A DNA stretch of 64,000 bases from an uncultured Nitrososphaeraceae archaeon (GCA_963825865.1 CAWGVG010000005.1:64001-128000); one strand, 5' to 3'. Numbered from the stretch's first letter, positions 43,144-57,096 are shown. The notes: generated by a model from the sequence alone, not told the origin. Made by a program: numbers and translations.

Positions 43144-45282
43144 TTAAGAATGTCTGATATGCCTTTCCAATTCCTCTATAGAGTAAATAGGAAGCGAGCA
43201 TGTATTGTTTCTACAGACAAATGCGAATTCAGATTTATTTTTTTTCCCTTTATCTGAATTTCTTCCTTTGAAGAATAGATATTTTTGCAACTCTTCGTAA
43301 TTGTAAATCATTTTCTATGATAGCAATAATTCCGTTTGGAATAAATTGTTTATTTAACCAGTTTACCATCTGGGAATGCAGTTTCTGTTTTGTATTAAGT
43401 ATGATTGTTATCTCTACGGGTTTCTTTACATATAGATAGATGGCTAGCAATAGCTGTCCAAATCCGAAAGGATTTTCTAGCGCAGTTTTGGCGCCTGCCT
43501 CGCATAATATGCTCCGCCTTGTCTATGATAATCATTGTTTTGACTGAAATGATAAAGCCTAAGCAGGTTAGATGCAGCCATCGAATTACCACTTGGTATA
43601 GCAAGATCATAAAGGTTCTTTGTTCTGACAATCAGTTGTTCATGATCATCTGAAGTAAAGAAAAGATTACCTTCATTATGGATCCCAGAAGTGCTGGATC
43701 ATAAAGTCGGTATAAATTATTGCTTTTTCAAGATATCTCAGTCTTCGAGTTGACTCTCAAATACATCCAACAATGCATTGACATAAAATGCATAATCATC
43801 AAGATATGCATTTAAGTTTTGAAATTCCATCCTTAAATGTTCTTTGCAATCTGCCATCATTTTTTGCAATTTTAGACTCGATGAAGTTTACTGCATTAAT
43901 TGCAGCAATCAAGATACTTTTATTATCTAGTAATCTTATAGCCTTTGGCGAAAGCTGATATCATTAACCCATTCCAAGAAGTTAGAATCTTATCATCTCT
44001 GCCCTGGTTTTACTCGTTTTTCTCTAATTTCAAAAAGTTTCTTCGAGGCATCATTGAGGATTCGCTTCTATTGCATCAGGTTGTCATATGATATTTTTGT
44101 CGCTAAAGAGTCTAATGAGGTTCTAATATTGAGTATGTTCTTCCCTTCAAAATTACCACCCTCTGTAACTCCATAATATTCACAAAAGATGTCAGCAATA
44201 ATTCGTATCATCTAATAGCGTTAACAATTTCCATTTTTAGACCAGACATAGAATTTACCCTCTTCGCCCTCAGAATCTGCATCTTGAGCAGAATAAAATC
44301 CACCTTCAGGAGAGGTCATTTCTGCATATCATATAGTCCAAAATTTTTTCTACTATATCAAGATATCCTTCATATTACCGCTGATTTGATAGAGTTCTGC
44401 GTACAGCTTGCGTCAATAAAGCATTGTCATAAAGCATTTTTTCAAAATGAGGAACAAGCCATTTTTGATCTGTTGAATACCTAGCAAAGCCACCACCAAG
44501 ATGATCATGAATACCACCAGCGGTCATCTTATCTGCTGTAAACATCACAAAATCTTTGAATCGATTAATTCCTGAAATATCATAGTAACGAAGAAGAAAG
44601 AGAAGATTAGAAGCATTTGGAAATTTTGGTGCTTGGCCAAACCCACCATAAATAGGATCGCCCATCTGCAATAATCCTATGGCTGCCTCATCTAATATTG
44701 ATCGCTCAATATTAATATCTTCTTCTTTCCTTTGAACATCTCTTGCGCTATGTGATAAGGCATGCATAAATTCAGAAGTTGCGGAATGGATTTCTTGTTT
44801 TTTGATCTTATATGCTTCGGCTAGTTGATTTAAGATCGTATCCAAAACCAGGCATACCGTACCTGCTATATTTTGGAAAATATGTGCCCACATAGAAAGG
44901 CTTTTGGTCAGGATGTCAAAAATACAGATAGTGGCCAGCCACCATTTCCAGTTGCAAGTTGGCAACTTTCTGATATATATCATCTATATCTGGTCTTTCC
45001 TCTCTATCTACTTTTATATTGATAAAATTTTCATTCATTATATTAGCTATTTCTTCATCTTCAAAGGATTCATGTGCCATAACATGACACCAGTGGCATG
45101 CACTATATCCTATGCTGAGAAAGATTGGTTTGTCCTCTTTCTTTGCTCTTTGAAGAGACTCATTCTCCCCATGGATACCAATCAACTGGATTATAAGCAT
45201 GTTGTAATAGATAAGGACTACTTTCATTAATCAATCTGTTAGATTTAGCATTATTATTATTATAATTGTGGTGTTTTTGCAC
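43144..45282 (-). CDS. Thioredoxin-domain YyaL/DUF255 protein (many frameshifts)
   Basis: [56 protein letters not shown]. Confidence 0.85.
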
Positions 45283-45438
45283 TAGTTTAGCTTAACGATA
45301 TTGGTATTTATAATCTGTGTCGTGTACAGTTAAAAAAAATTTACAAGCTTAAAATAAGAATAAAAACTCAACTATATTTTTGATGTCAATTGTTAAGAGT
45401 TCTCTCATATTATCAACAATTCCTAGAATTATTAATAT

Positions 45439-45738
45439 CTAAGTACTCTTATTACTGTTAGTACCGTTAGTATTAGTTATATTCCTTAGAGAAGGTGGAG
45501 TTAGCAGCACTTTTGGATTTGTTATAATTTGTTCATGTGGAAGACCATATTGTTCTCTTAGTGTCCTCTGCTGTTCTGCTAAAGTGTCTGACGAAAAAGA
45601 GGGCCCTACATGTCCAAACCATATCCATAGAAGTATAACTGCAGCAAGAGATAATCCCATGACTAATATTGACCAGGCGACAGGAGTAAGATTATGATAT
45701 CCAGGCGACCCTCGCTCTTTTTCGTGATTGGCACACAT
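45439..45738 (-). CDS. Small single-TM hypothetical protein
   Basis: 99-aa ORF with one hydrophobic segment. Confidence 0.6.
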   Translation of the reverse strand: MCANHEKERGSPGYHNLTPVAWSILVMGLSLAAVILLWIWFGHVGPSFSSDTLAEQQRTLREQYGLPHEQIITNPKVLLTPPSLRNITNTNGTNSNKST

Positions 45739-45867
45739 ATATTGTGACAGGAAAAGGAATAATATATTTCGTTTAAAAGTATTTGCATTTTAAGTTCTAC
45801 CCTGTTCGATTAGAGTATACAGTAGGACGTAACAATGACTCTAAGTAATATATCGTGATAATTTTTA

Positions 45868-47490
<1,623 letters not shown>

Positions 47491-47756
47491 GTCGTATTAT
47501 ATTAACTTTATAATATATTGATTCAAGGTATATGATTGTTAGGCCAATGATTGTTAGGCCGTAATTGTGGAACCCACAAATACTATTTTAGACACGTCAG
47601 GTGCGGTTGAGTAATTAAAATCGATGTCGAATCCTTATATTTCTTGTTGAATATTATATATATAAATAAATATGGGATTAACCATACTACTCATATCATA
47701 GACATTCGGAAAATAGCATAAGGTTAAACACAACAAAAGGTTCTACAGACGATTCC

Positions 47757-49106
47757 TCACTTTATGCCTTTTACTAAATTAGTGTATATATATAGGGCAT
47801 CTTCTTCATCTTTTGCACCAACTATTGTTGCAGCACCGCTTGTCAGAAAGCTCACTGACAATTTGCTTTGATTATTACTTGTCGCAGTAATTCCCAAGTT
47901 GCCTCTAGTTTTAACCTGATATCCTAACAATTCCAAATTCTTTGCTATTCCATTTAGATGAATTGAAGATATTTCAGGTGGAGTGACGGTATATGTTCTC
48001 TTACCATTGTCTCTGCCGCATAACTCTTCAATTATCAACTGCTGATGTGCAACAAATTTTTCTTTGTCTAGTCTCTTATTTGATCCACATGAAGGACATT
48101 CCTCATGTCTGCAGACTTGGATCTTTTCAAATGAGAGTTCGTTCAAATCAATGTAAAGCAGCTTGTTTACAATTGTCGGTTGCTGTCCTGTGATTACCTT
48201 GACTGCTTCAGATACTTGGATACCAGCTACCAAATATAGAATCGATGGATGTACTCCTTCGGTGCTGCAAGTAGGCATCTCATCCTCACTTAATGCAGGG
48301 AATATACATCGCAAACATGCAGACTTATTTGGCAAAATAGTACACACAGAGCCCAACATTCCTAGTGCCCCTGCATAAATAAACGGTATATTGAATTTAA
48401 TGCAGGCATCGTTTATCGCATATCTTGCATCAACACTGTCAAGTGCATCAATAACAATATCACATCCCTTAACAACACTTTCGGCAGTGTATTTGGTCAA
48501 TGAAAGTGGAACTGCTTCAATTTCAACTGCGGAATTCATTCTTCTTAAATTTTCTACTGCTACTTCAACCTTGACTTTGCCAATATCATTCTCTGTGTAA
48601 AGGTGTTGTCTGTGCAAGTTCGAAATTTCTATAACATCTCTGTCAACTATTTTTAATTTACCAACACCCATTGCGGTTAATTGAGTTGCAACAGGATTTC
48701 CAATTCCGCCAGCACCAACGATGCAAACTTTGGCATCTCGAAGTTTTTCCATTCCAACGAATCCAATTTCTTCAAGCATTATTTGCCTGGAGTAGCGCCT
48801 TAAATCTTCATTTGTTAGTTCTGCTCCACCCGCTACTGCTGGCAAGATATATATAGAATCACCATCTGTGAGCGACGTTGTCGTACCGCCAGCACTACTA
48901 AAGCGCGTGTTTTTACCATTGATGTAAATGTTAATTAGAGGACGTGGTTTACCATTAAAATCAAATACTCTGCGCTTAAAGTCCTCTCCCATATGGTCGG
49001 AAAGTTTTGTAAATGCATCATCTAGATTTCCTACTTCTAACGAAATTTTCCTCTCTCCTGTACCTTTATTCAAAACCGATGGAATTACGAATTCAATTTT
49101 AGCCAT
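47757..49106 (-). CDS. MoaD/ThiS ubiquitin-like domain fused to a ThiF/MoeB E1-like adenylyltransferase
   Basis: ILPAVAGG, RYSRQ, GAGGIG, SNLHRQ, CLRC..CPSC. Confidence 0.93.
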   Translation of the reverse strand: MAKIEFVIPSVLNKGTGERKISLEVGNLDDAFTKLSDHMGEDFKRRVFDFNGKPRPLINIYINGKNTRFSSAGGTTTSLTDGDSIYILPAVAGGAELTNEDLRRYSRQIMLEEIGFVGMEKLRDAKVCIVGAGGIGNPVATQLTAMGVGKLKIVDRDVIEISNLHRQHLYTENDIGKVKVEVAVENLRRMNSAVEIEAVPLSLTKYTAESVVKGCDIVIDALDSVDARYAINDACIKFNIPFIYAGALGMLGSVCTILPNKSACLRCIFPALSEDEMPTCSTEGVHPSILYLVAGIQVSEAVKVITGQQPTIVNKLLYIDLNELSFEKIQVCRHEECPSCGSNKRLDKEKFVAHQQLIIEELCGRDNGKRTYTVTPPEISSIHLNGIAKNLELLGYQVKTRGNLGITATSNNQSKLSVSFLTSGAATIVGAKDEEDALYIYTNLVKGIK

Positions 49107-49139
49107 TTATTTAATCTCACCATCATATCAAGTGCAAAA

Positions 49140-50366
49140 TTATCTAATCATCGCAGAAACCATTTGAGCATCTGGTTTTACAACATTAAGTTTTGGAAGC
49201 ACATTTATAATTGCTTCCGTAGCCTTGAGTCCATTACCCGTGATATAACAAACTACTTTTTCATCCTTATCGATTTGTCCTTCTTCAATTAGCTTTCGAA
49301 GCACTGCTACGGAAACCCCACCTGCAGGCTCTGTAAAAATACCTTCGGTCTTAGCAAGCATCAGTATTCCATCGATAATTTCTTCATTAGTAACATCTTC
49401 TGCAATCCCATTATATTGCCTCAATCTTTTCAATACATATAAGCCATCTCCAGGGTCTCCTATTGCAAGACTTTTCGCAATTGTTTCAGGTCTTTCAACT
49501 GGAACAATTTCATCGCTTTTTCTCTTGAATGCGTCAACTACAGGAGCGCATCCCTGAGGTTGCGCAGCGATGATCTTCAGATTTGCTATGCTATCGATTA
49601 ATCCTAGTTCGTGAAATTCTTCAAATCCCTTACAAATTGAATTTAACATTGCTCCACTTCCGACTGGAATTATCAGACTGTCGGGAACTTGCCAATTCAT
49701 CTGCTCGGCTACTTCATAAGCAAGCGTTTTTGAGCCTTCTACATAATATGGTCGCATATTTATATTTACAATACCAATACCTTTAGAGTCACCAATTACA
49801 GAAGCAACCCTGTTAGCATCATCATATGTTCCATCTACCGCTACAAATTCAGCGCCATATGATAATGCCTGTGCGATCTTTACGTGCTCAATGTCAGAAG
49901 GGGCAAAAATATAGCAGGGCAATTCTGCTTTTGCAGCATGGGCTGCTGTCGCAGAAGCAAGATTACCTGTAGAGGCGCAACCTACCGCTTTTAATTTGAT
50001 TTCTTTGGCTCTTGAAACAGAAACTCCAGCAGGCCTATCCTTGAACGAAAACGTAGGATTAACGGAATCATTTTTAATAAATAAATTTTTCATTCCTCCC
50101 ACTACTTTACCAAGCCTATCTGCGTGTTGCAAAGGAGTAAGACCAGCATTCAGATTCACAATATTGCATTTATCTTCAACAGGGAGAAGTTCAAAATAAC
50201 GCCAGTAGGTTTTGTCTTGTCTTGATGCAAAAGTATCCTTTTTTATATCAGAAGTAAGCTTGTAAATAACATCAAGTGGGCCAAAACATTCTTCACACAC
50301 GTATATAAACAGCGGTTCATATTCTCTACCGCATTCTCTGCATCTCAACGACTGTATATAACCCAT
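49140..50366 (-). CDS. thrC: Threonine synthase
   Basis: NPTFSFKDR, ASTGN, EGSKT, EPAGG, ITGNGLK. Confidence 0.9.
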   Translation of the reverse strand: MGYIQSLRCRECGREYEPLFIYVCEECFGPLDVIYKLTSDIKKDTFASRQDKTYWRYFELLPVEDKCNIVNLNAGLTPLQHADRLGKVVGGMKNLFIKNDSVNPTFSFKDRPAGVSVSRAKEIKLKAVGCASTGNLASATAAHAAKAELPCYIFAPSDIEHVKIAQALSYGAEFVAVDGTYDDANRVASVIGDSKGIGIVNINMRPYYVEGSKTLAYEVAEQMNWQVPDSLIIPVGSGAMLNSICKGFEEFHELGLIDSIANLKIIAAQPQGCAPVVDAFKRKSDEIVPVERPETIAKSLAIGDPGDGLYVLKRLRQYNGIAEDVTNEEIIDGILMLAKTEGIFTEPAGGVSVAVLRKLIEEGQIDKDEKVVCYITGNGLKATEAIINVLPKLNVVKPDAQMVSAMIR

Positions 50367-50522
50367 ATCTGCTATAAACTCTAGAAAAGTTATAGATAAG
50401 GTTCGCTAATAACAATTTTAATAATACTAAACTTTTTCTCAAAAATAATTATAAAAACTAAATTTTGTTCGTTATAGTAATTACATAAAATGTAACATTA
50501 TTTAAATATTTTTCATAAATAG

Positions 50523-50873
50523 TCAATTATTTTTTACTTTTTCCAATAAGCTATGAAAACATGATCTGTTACCAGTATGACATGCAGGAGTCTTTGAATC
50601 TACCAGATATAATAAAGCATCGGAATCGCAATCAACCAATATCTCTTTAACAGGCTGTATGTTTCCAGACTCTTCTCCTTTCATCCATAATTTATTATGA
50701 GAAGTACTCCAAAAATGGGCATTTCCGGTACTAATAGTATTGTTAATTGCTTCTCTGTTGGCATAAGCAAGCATAAGAATATCCTTTGTTTTTCTGTCTT
50801 GAACTATCACAGGCAACAGACCGTTTCGTTTTGCAAAATCAATATCGCGCATTGACCTGATATTCATATGCAT
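50523..50873 (-). CDS. hisI: Phosphoribosyl-AMP cyclohydrolase
   Basis: LWMKGEESGN, DCDSD, ACHTGNRSCF. Confidence 0.95.
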   Translation of the reverse strand: MHMNIRSMRDIDFAKRNGLLPVIVQDRKTKDILMLAYANREAINNTISTGNAHFWSTSHNKLWMKGEESGNIQPVKEILVDCDSDALLYLVDSKTPACHTGNRSCFHSLLEKVKNN

Positions 50874-51755
50874 ATTCCTTTTTATCTCCCGTATTAATTA
50901 TATGGTTCTCGTACTCCTAAAGATTTCGATATGAGCTATAAGAAAATAAGAATTTTTAGCAAAAAAGAACGTTGTTACTAAGATTATCTTCATTTCCATA
51001 GATAATTTTACAATAGAAACTCCAAAGTACCAATTATCTATCAATAGCCCCTTTAGATATCTTCTAGCATTGGGATTACAAGATAAAAACAGCACCCCCT
51101 TTAACTCAACTATATCTCATGCAGGTGGACTGAATGCTTAGAATAATGATTCGGAGTTTATGAAATTGGCGGTCTAAATATAGACATGGGAAACTTTATG
51201 GTATCTCGACTTAAATTATTTATATATATATATAAATATATATATCATAATAAGTTAAAGATACAACATACAAATACTGATGTGGAATAAAAATAGTTAT
51301 TTCAAAATAAAGTACCTAAGTGACACCAGTCGGTCTCTGATGTTCCTCATGTTCTAGTTTCTTATGTTGTTCCTTATCCTGTTCCGTTGTAAATATTATA
51401 CCACATACATCGCATTTGATGCTCGAGGGGGAAGAGGCTGGTTTGTTGTCTCTTGTTGTCATTATATACACTGTCACATTTATTGGATAAGTAGGTTTTC
51501 GAAAATAAGTAATGTACTTGACATTGGGAGATCAAAATCGGAATTATCATGAAAGGGGATTAATCGGTTCTTCTAATTTAAGTAAATAGAAGTCAATTAT
51601 CTTTAATATAACACCAGATAGAGAAAAATCATGAATGTTAAGTCGCGACTAATACAAGCCAATAAGGAAGAAGTCTTTTCGAGTGACGGAAAAGTTCATT
51701 GGCCATTTGTTATACTTATATTTGAATAATTCACTTCGACTATAACCACAGAAGT

Positions 51756-53139
51756 ATGACAATTAATACTACTGACAAAGCGGGCGGGATTTTGCATATC
51801 GGATTTGATGATACTGATTCTCTATTAGGCAGATGCACTACACAATTGGCATTTAAAATTACAGACTATTTGCTAAATAAGATAGACGCACAGTTTCTTG
51901 ATTATCCGTTATTAATTAGATTGAACCCAAATATTCCATGGAAGACCCGTGGAAATGGCTCTGTTTGTCTAAGAGTAAGGATAAAAAATCATGAAAAAGT
52001 AGTTGAACATATAAAAAAACGTGTAGAGGAAGGATCAGATATAGGCTCAGGAGCAAACCCAGGCCTTGTATTTTTTAACGGAGAAAAGATACCAGATGCC
52101 GTGAAAGAATTCAGCAGAGTTGCAATGTTTGATGTTCTAAGCAGAAATAAAGCAGAAAAAGTTGCAAAAGAGCATTTTGTTCAATATTTCACTTTTGGAA
52201 ACGGCCAGGGCCTGGTAGGCTCGTTAGCAGCAATTGGTTCTATGTTATATGGAGATCATACCTTTGAAGCCATAGCATACAGAAAACGAGAAAATTATGG
52301 TACCATGAGATTATTGGATATATCGAAGGTAATTGATTTAGACAAAGAAACGTTTCCGAATACCTTTAACAATTATGATCGAAATCATAGACGGGTACGA
52401 ATTGCGCCGCATGGGCCCGATCCTGTATTCTGTGGGATAAGAGGAGAAAAACCAGAACTTGTGGTTTCATCGCTGGAGAGATTACAACCAGAAGAGAAAT
52501 TGGATGGATACATGGTGTTTCGGTCAAATCAAGGAACAAATATGCATTTGCAAAATGAATTGAATTTATCAGAGATTAAAGCTTATACTGCCGGCTACCT
52601 TCGCTGCAAAATCATTACAAAGCCTCGTACCATACAAGGAGGGCATGTCTTGTTTGAAGTTGAAGATTCTAAATGTTCTATTTCTCAGGCTGCTTGCATA
52701 TGAACCAACGGGTTTAACGAAAATTGCTTCAAAATTCGAAATAGGAGACGTTATTGAAATTGGTTGTGGAGTTAGAAAGGCAACATCAAAACATCCAAAA
52801 ACTTTGAATATAGAATATATTTCTGTCCTAAAACTTATAGAAGCGTATGATTTGCATAACCCTTTATGCAAATCTTGTAAAAAGCGAATGAAGTCAGAAG
52901 GAAGAAATAAAGGATTCCAGTGTGACAGATGTCAATATAAAGACAGTAACGCAAAGAAAATTTGCGTACCACAAAATAGAAATGTTAAGACTGGGATCTA
53001 TATTCCAACTCCAAAATCTCAAAGACATTTAACCAAACCCATACACAGGTATGGCATGGAAAAGATGTTCCCAAGTTTCAATTCTGAATCGAAACTGTTT
53101 TCTAGATGGTTTTTTTTTCTTCTTCTTCTTCTTCTTTAA
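51756..53139 (+). CDS. tiaS: tRNA(Ile2) agmatinylcytidine synthase (frameshift near 52690)
   Basis: IGFDDTDS, LNPNIPWKTRGNG, PHGPDPV..GIRG, SNQGT, CKSC..CDRC, RHLTKP. Confidence 0.93.
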
Positions 53140-53426
53140 ACTAGTAATGCTATAGATATTATTATCAATCAGAGCCCATTGAGTATTGTCTCCTCATTCA
53201 AGTAACTGTATATTATCTCTCACATTTTAAAAAGAATACTAGCCAGTAACCGCAACTGCAATTGCAGTAATGCGATCAGATAGTACAAAATAGGCTAATG
53301 TTAAGTATAAAACCAGTTTTGATGTATATTATTTTTCATATTGATAGTTTTTTCTGTATTTTTAATAAATCTATATAGAATGACATCAAAATAAAGTCTT
53401 TAGAGATAATTAATTTTCGAAAATAA

Positions 53427-53552
53427 TAGCGGGGGGTTGATTTGAACATACGGCTACATGCTTTGAGCAAATGTAGAAACCGCTCTGCGGGTTATGAGCC
53501 CGCCGGGATTACCTAGCCTCTATTTTTGAGATCTCGGCTTCCCCACCCCGCT
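53427..53552 (-). tRNA. Initiator tRNA-Met(CAT) with introns in the D-loop (~21 nt) and T-stem ~52/53 (30 nt)
   Basis: A1-U72 pair; GCGGG-CTCATAA-CCCGC with three G-C pairs; BHB-like junctions; ~75 nt spliced. Confidence 0.9.
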
Positions 53553-53889
53553 GACAGCATGTCTGTACAAGGGAAATATATCTCTGTCTCTTCTAAAATA
53601 AATGAATGTATAAATATCTAATTTTGGCATTAATTATTTCTCCTTTGCGTAGAATATAGAATTCATCTTGTCTACATCTACAAGATGAATCTGTCAAAAG
53701 GCAAGTGATAATTTACTGTAACTTTTAATCGGCTAACTTCCAATGCTGTCAAAGGACTACCTTAATAATCCACTTGGCAACGTAATGTTCAACCGGTTGG
53801 GTGGCTTGAAGGGATTTTCGTACCACTTGCAAATCTATCGCATGATCTCAAACTGGCAATGGTTTGTTCTATATTCTTAATGTCAATGA

Positions 53890-54720
53890 TTATTTAGAAT
53901 CACTTAACTTCAAAATTTTATTAAAAGCATTCTGACAACCTTCAGGTCCTATGCCTTGAATCTTTATAATATTTTTAATGACCAGGTTTGACCATGATCT
54001 ATCTGGTCTCTGAACTAACATTGGGACATCCATATGTTTTAGCATTGAATAGTCATTTTCGCTATCACCCAATCCAAAAAATATAACGTCATTGTGATAC
54101 TTCTTTTTAAAAAGTTTTCTCAATATGCCTACAGCCTTGCCCTTATCATTGCCAATTGTCACATCAAAAAATCTCCCTCCGTGGATAACATTTAGGCCCA
54201 CCTCTTCAGCACCATGGGTAAATCTGGCCAAGTCATTTTTTCCTATTTGTATGATGGTTTCGCTGTATTCTCGCTGAGCCATCCTACGTGCATAATCAAT
54301 TGACATACCTGCTATTTTACCGAGATCTTCCAAGGAAATATCAGAGACGCCTTTAAATTCTATTTTGAATTTTTCTCGGATATTATTAAGTTTTGATCTA
54401 ATTTCATTTGTAGACTTTCCTAGCTCGATTATAGTGCAGTCCCTTATTTCTTTAGAGTTAGGAGTATCAAGGGAAAAATGAAAATAATCCTTAGGAATGA
54501 TTATTGCCCCCCCATTTTCTATAATAAATGGTTCCTCGCTTAACTCAAGGTCGTCTCTTACTTTATTTTGCTCAGCCCAGGTTTTTGCAGAACAAAGGAT
54601 GACTGGAATATTATTCTCTTTTAATGTGTGAATCAATGCTTTTGTGTTTTCTCCATATTCACCAGTATTGATATCAATCAAAGTACCATCTATGTCAGCA
54701 AATATTACTCTATGTCGCAT
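53890..54720 (-). CDS. mpgP: Mannosyl-3-phosphoglycerate phosphatase (HAD IIB)
   Basis: DIDGTL, CSAKT, IENGG, REYSE, GGRF, GLGDSEND. Confidence 0.88.
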   Translation of the reverse strand: MRHRVIFADIDGTLIDINTGEYGENTKALIHTLKENNIPVILCSAKTWAEQNKVRDDLELSEEPFIIENGGAIIIPKDYFHFSLDTPNSKEIRDCTIIELGKSTNEIRSKLNNIREKFKIEFKGVSDISLEDLGKIAGMSIDYARRMAQREYSETIIQIGKNDLARFTHGAEEVGLNVIHGGRFFDVTIGNDKGKAVGILRKLFKKKYHNDVIFFGLGDSENDYSMLKHMDVPMLVQRPDRSWSNLVIKNIIKIQGIGPEGCQNAFNKILKLSDSK

Positions 54721-55028
54721 GCAAATATATGAATATGTGTTGTACCTCTTATGAATTCGTTAAGTTATCGATAGTAGTAAGAAATAGATGATAATAGTCT
54801 TTCTCACTTAGCTCGGTGATCATTCTGACGACATGATGATATAAACTATAATGTATTGAGAATCTTCTTCTCTTGTAATTGATGTAATACTTTAACGCAC
54901 CGACCTTTTCTTTACGTTTCGGTTGTTTGCTTCGAAAATACTATAAGAACTCCCTATACATTTCCTTAAAATGAAGGAGACGTCATTGAATTCCAATTGA
55001 CAAGTTTTAAATAACAATTAAATTGAGA

Positions 55029-55162
55029 TGGTGCGGGAGGTGGGATTTGAACCCACGAACCCCTAAGGGATGAGGTGACCCAGTCAAATGATCAACATCT
55101 GAGCATCGCGTCGGACAAACTTGCCCGATCTCACGCCGTTGACCTGGCTTGGCAACCCCCGC
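55029..55162 (-). tRNA. tRNA-Leu(CAG) with introns at 30/31 (25 nt) and 37/38 (21 nt); CCA encoded
   Basis: GCGGGGG/CTCCCGC acceptor stem; long variable arm; two clean BHB motifs. Confidence 0.92.
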
Positions 55163-55264
55163 GGCAGATTGCTATGATATCACACTACAATATATATATC
55201 ATAAAATTCATGAATTTGTTTTTAATCAAATATATTTTGTTCTCATTAATAGAGATATCCACTG

Positions 55265-55819
55265 TTACTTTGTATTATACCATTGTGCAAATTTCTCCAG
55301 CGCTTTTGCACGATGCGAAACTTCTATTTTTCTATTTTGTATCTGTAACTGGCCAAATGTAATATCAAACCCCACCGGAATAAAGATTGGATCGTAACCC
55401 CAACCACCTTCTGTAATTTTATCAGAAATCTTTCCCTCTATTTCACCTGCAAAACTTTGTGAATATGTACCATCATAGAATGCAAAAAAAGATTTGAAGC
55501 ATGCAGACCTGTGTTTTGAATTTGAAAGTAGTTTCAGGATTCCATTGTTTCCAATAGTTTTATAGGCATAAGATGAATATTGACCCGGAAAACCATTCAA
55601 CTCATGTATAAACAAGCCGTCGTCTTCAACGATAACAGGTTTTGATATTTCTGCAAATGCATCTTTTGATTTTGCTATTGCAATTTCTTCAATTGAATCT
55701 GACTGTATTTCAACTAACAATACTTTATAAAATTCGACTATAATATCATATTTTGAAAGAACTGATTGAATTTCCAAATACTTGTTATTATTAGTGCTTA
55801 CGAAATAAAGCGAACTCAT
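55265..55819 (-). CDS. rdgB: Non-canonical purine NTP pyrophosphatase (RdgB/HAM1)
   Basis: STNNNK, VEDDGL, GFPG, GWGYDPIF, SHRAKA. Confidence 0.93.
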   Translation of the reverse strand: MSSLYFVSTNNNKYLEIQSVLSKYDIIVEFYKVLLVEIQSDSIEEIAIAKSKDAFAEISKPVIVEDDGLFIHELNGFPGQYSSYAYKTIGNNGILKLLSNSKHRSACFKSFFAFYDGTYSQSFAGEIEGKISDKITEGGWGYDPIFIPVGFDITFGQLQIQNRKIEVSHRAKALEKFAQWYNTK

Positions 55820-56049
55820 GCAATCTGTGAAATCTTCACTACAATAAAAATTATAATAATACATATGAGAATTCTTTCTTTAGTTAACTACAGCCAACCT
55901 GCTCCATTTTGGCATACCCAACTCATTTACAAGTATTATCTTGATATAAAGGATGAAGGAGTTAGAAGAGCATTTATTGAATTGAGGCAGTTTATAATGA
56001 AATGGAATAATAATGTTGATCTAAAGATTTGCATCTGAAATTAAACAAT

Positions 56050-57096
56050 AGATCTATTGCGTAATTACGAAAGAAAATCTCTTCATGATGGTCAGTTTTG
56101 CTCTTTTTTTAGAGTGACATCCCACCATTAGTTCGTATTATTCTGAAATTTACCAATCCTGAAACAATGTCAGAAGCATGATCATATCTTCCAAGCCTGT
56201 TTCTAAATTTAGTACCCATTATTCCGAACTTTTTAATTCTGCTTACCGTGTGCTCGACTATTATCCTTAGTTTGGAATACTTTCTATTGTATCTCTTTTC
56301 TCCATCTGAGAGTTCACTTTTCCTTTTTTTTCTAAATGGCAGTACATACTTTACAGTGGGAAAGTCATTCTTAACTCCCAAGTAGCCAAGGTCAAGGACA
56401 TTTTCAACTTGCAGCGGAGTTATAGGATGTTTATTTTTGAAAATCTCATAATCATGTATTCTTCCCCAATCATGACCTGTTTTGTGTAGTATGGTACCCT
56501 CACTGTTTACCATATATTGTGTCTTGATAGTATGCTTCCTCTTTTTGCCAGAGTAGTAGCTCTTCCTTCTCCTTTTGTTCTTTGGCCTTGGTATCTCCTG
56601 TTCGGAAGAATCTATGAAAGCCTTGAAGCCTGGAAAGTACTCCTCAACTTCATCTATGGTTCTAAGCCTTCTTGTACGTTTATACAACTTCTTTGGCAGC
56701 GGGATACACTGCTTGATAAGTGGTTCTATAATGGATATATCTCTGCAGATATTACTCTGGTCAAGATCAAATAGAAATCCTGATAATGTAAAGGTAATGT
56801 ACAGTCTGTAATAGACTAGAAGCATCAAGAATCTTTCTTTGGCTTTCAGCTTGAATGGTCTACCAGCACCAATATCTCTTTTTCTTTTCCTATTGGAAAG
56901 ACGCTTTCTTTCATGCTCATCATATTTCGATTCTATTTCTTTAGCAATGACATCAAATTCTGATACAGCCAGTCCAGTAAACGATTTAAATAACAACGGC
57001 CTTCTTGATAGGCGAGCGTAAGACATCAACTGAGTATGTAATATGAACGGATCAATGGAGAATAAAGCTCTAAGCTTTCAATTACGCAAGAGGTCT
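56050..57096 (-). mobile_element. IS5-family (ISL2-like) element, apparently intact
   Basis: 17-bp TIRs AGA(T/C)CT(A/C)TTGCGTAATT; AAT on both flanks. Confidence 0.88.
56109..57029 (-). CDS. Transposase (HTH plus DDE_Tnp_4 type)
   Basis: FKSFTGL, IDSSEQ, YSGKKRKHT, DLGYLG, RIIVEH. Confidence 0.93.
   Translation of the reverse strand: MMSYARLSRRPLLFKSFTGLAVSEFDVIAKEIESKYDEHERKRLSNRKRKRDIGAGRPFKLKAKERFLMLLVYYRLYITFTLSGFLFDLDQSNICRDISIIEPLIKQCIPLPKKLYKRTRRLRTIDEVEEYFPGFKAFIDSSEQEIPRPKNKRRRKSYYSGKKRKHTIKTQYMVNSEGTILHKTGHDWGRIHDYEIFKNKHPITPLQVENVLDLGYLGVKNDFPTVKYVLPFRKKRKSELSDGEKRYNRKYSKLRIIVEHTVSRIKKFGIMGTKFRNRLGRYDHASDIVSGLVNFRIIRTNGGMSL

Noticed and set aside
50366-50520. Leader peptide upstream of thrC
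   Set aside because: No Thr-rich uORF; a TATA-like element sits close to the ATG, suggesting a leaderless transcript
53661-53690. Perfect 11-bp inverted repeat ATTCATCTTGT/ACAAGATGAAT
   Set aside because: Single instance; cannot distinguish terminator, operator or chance
55075-55397. Plus-strand ORFs of 95 and 82 aa
   Set aside because: Antisense to tRNA-Leu and rdgB
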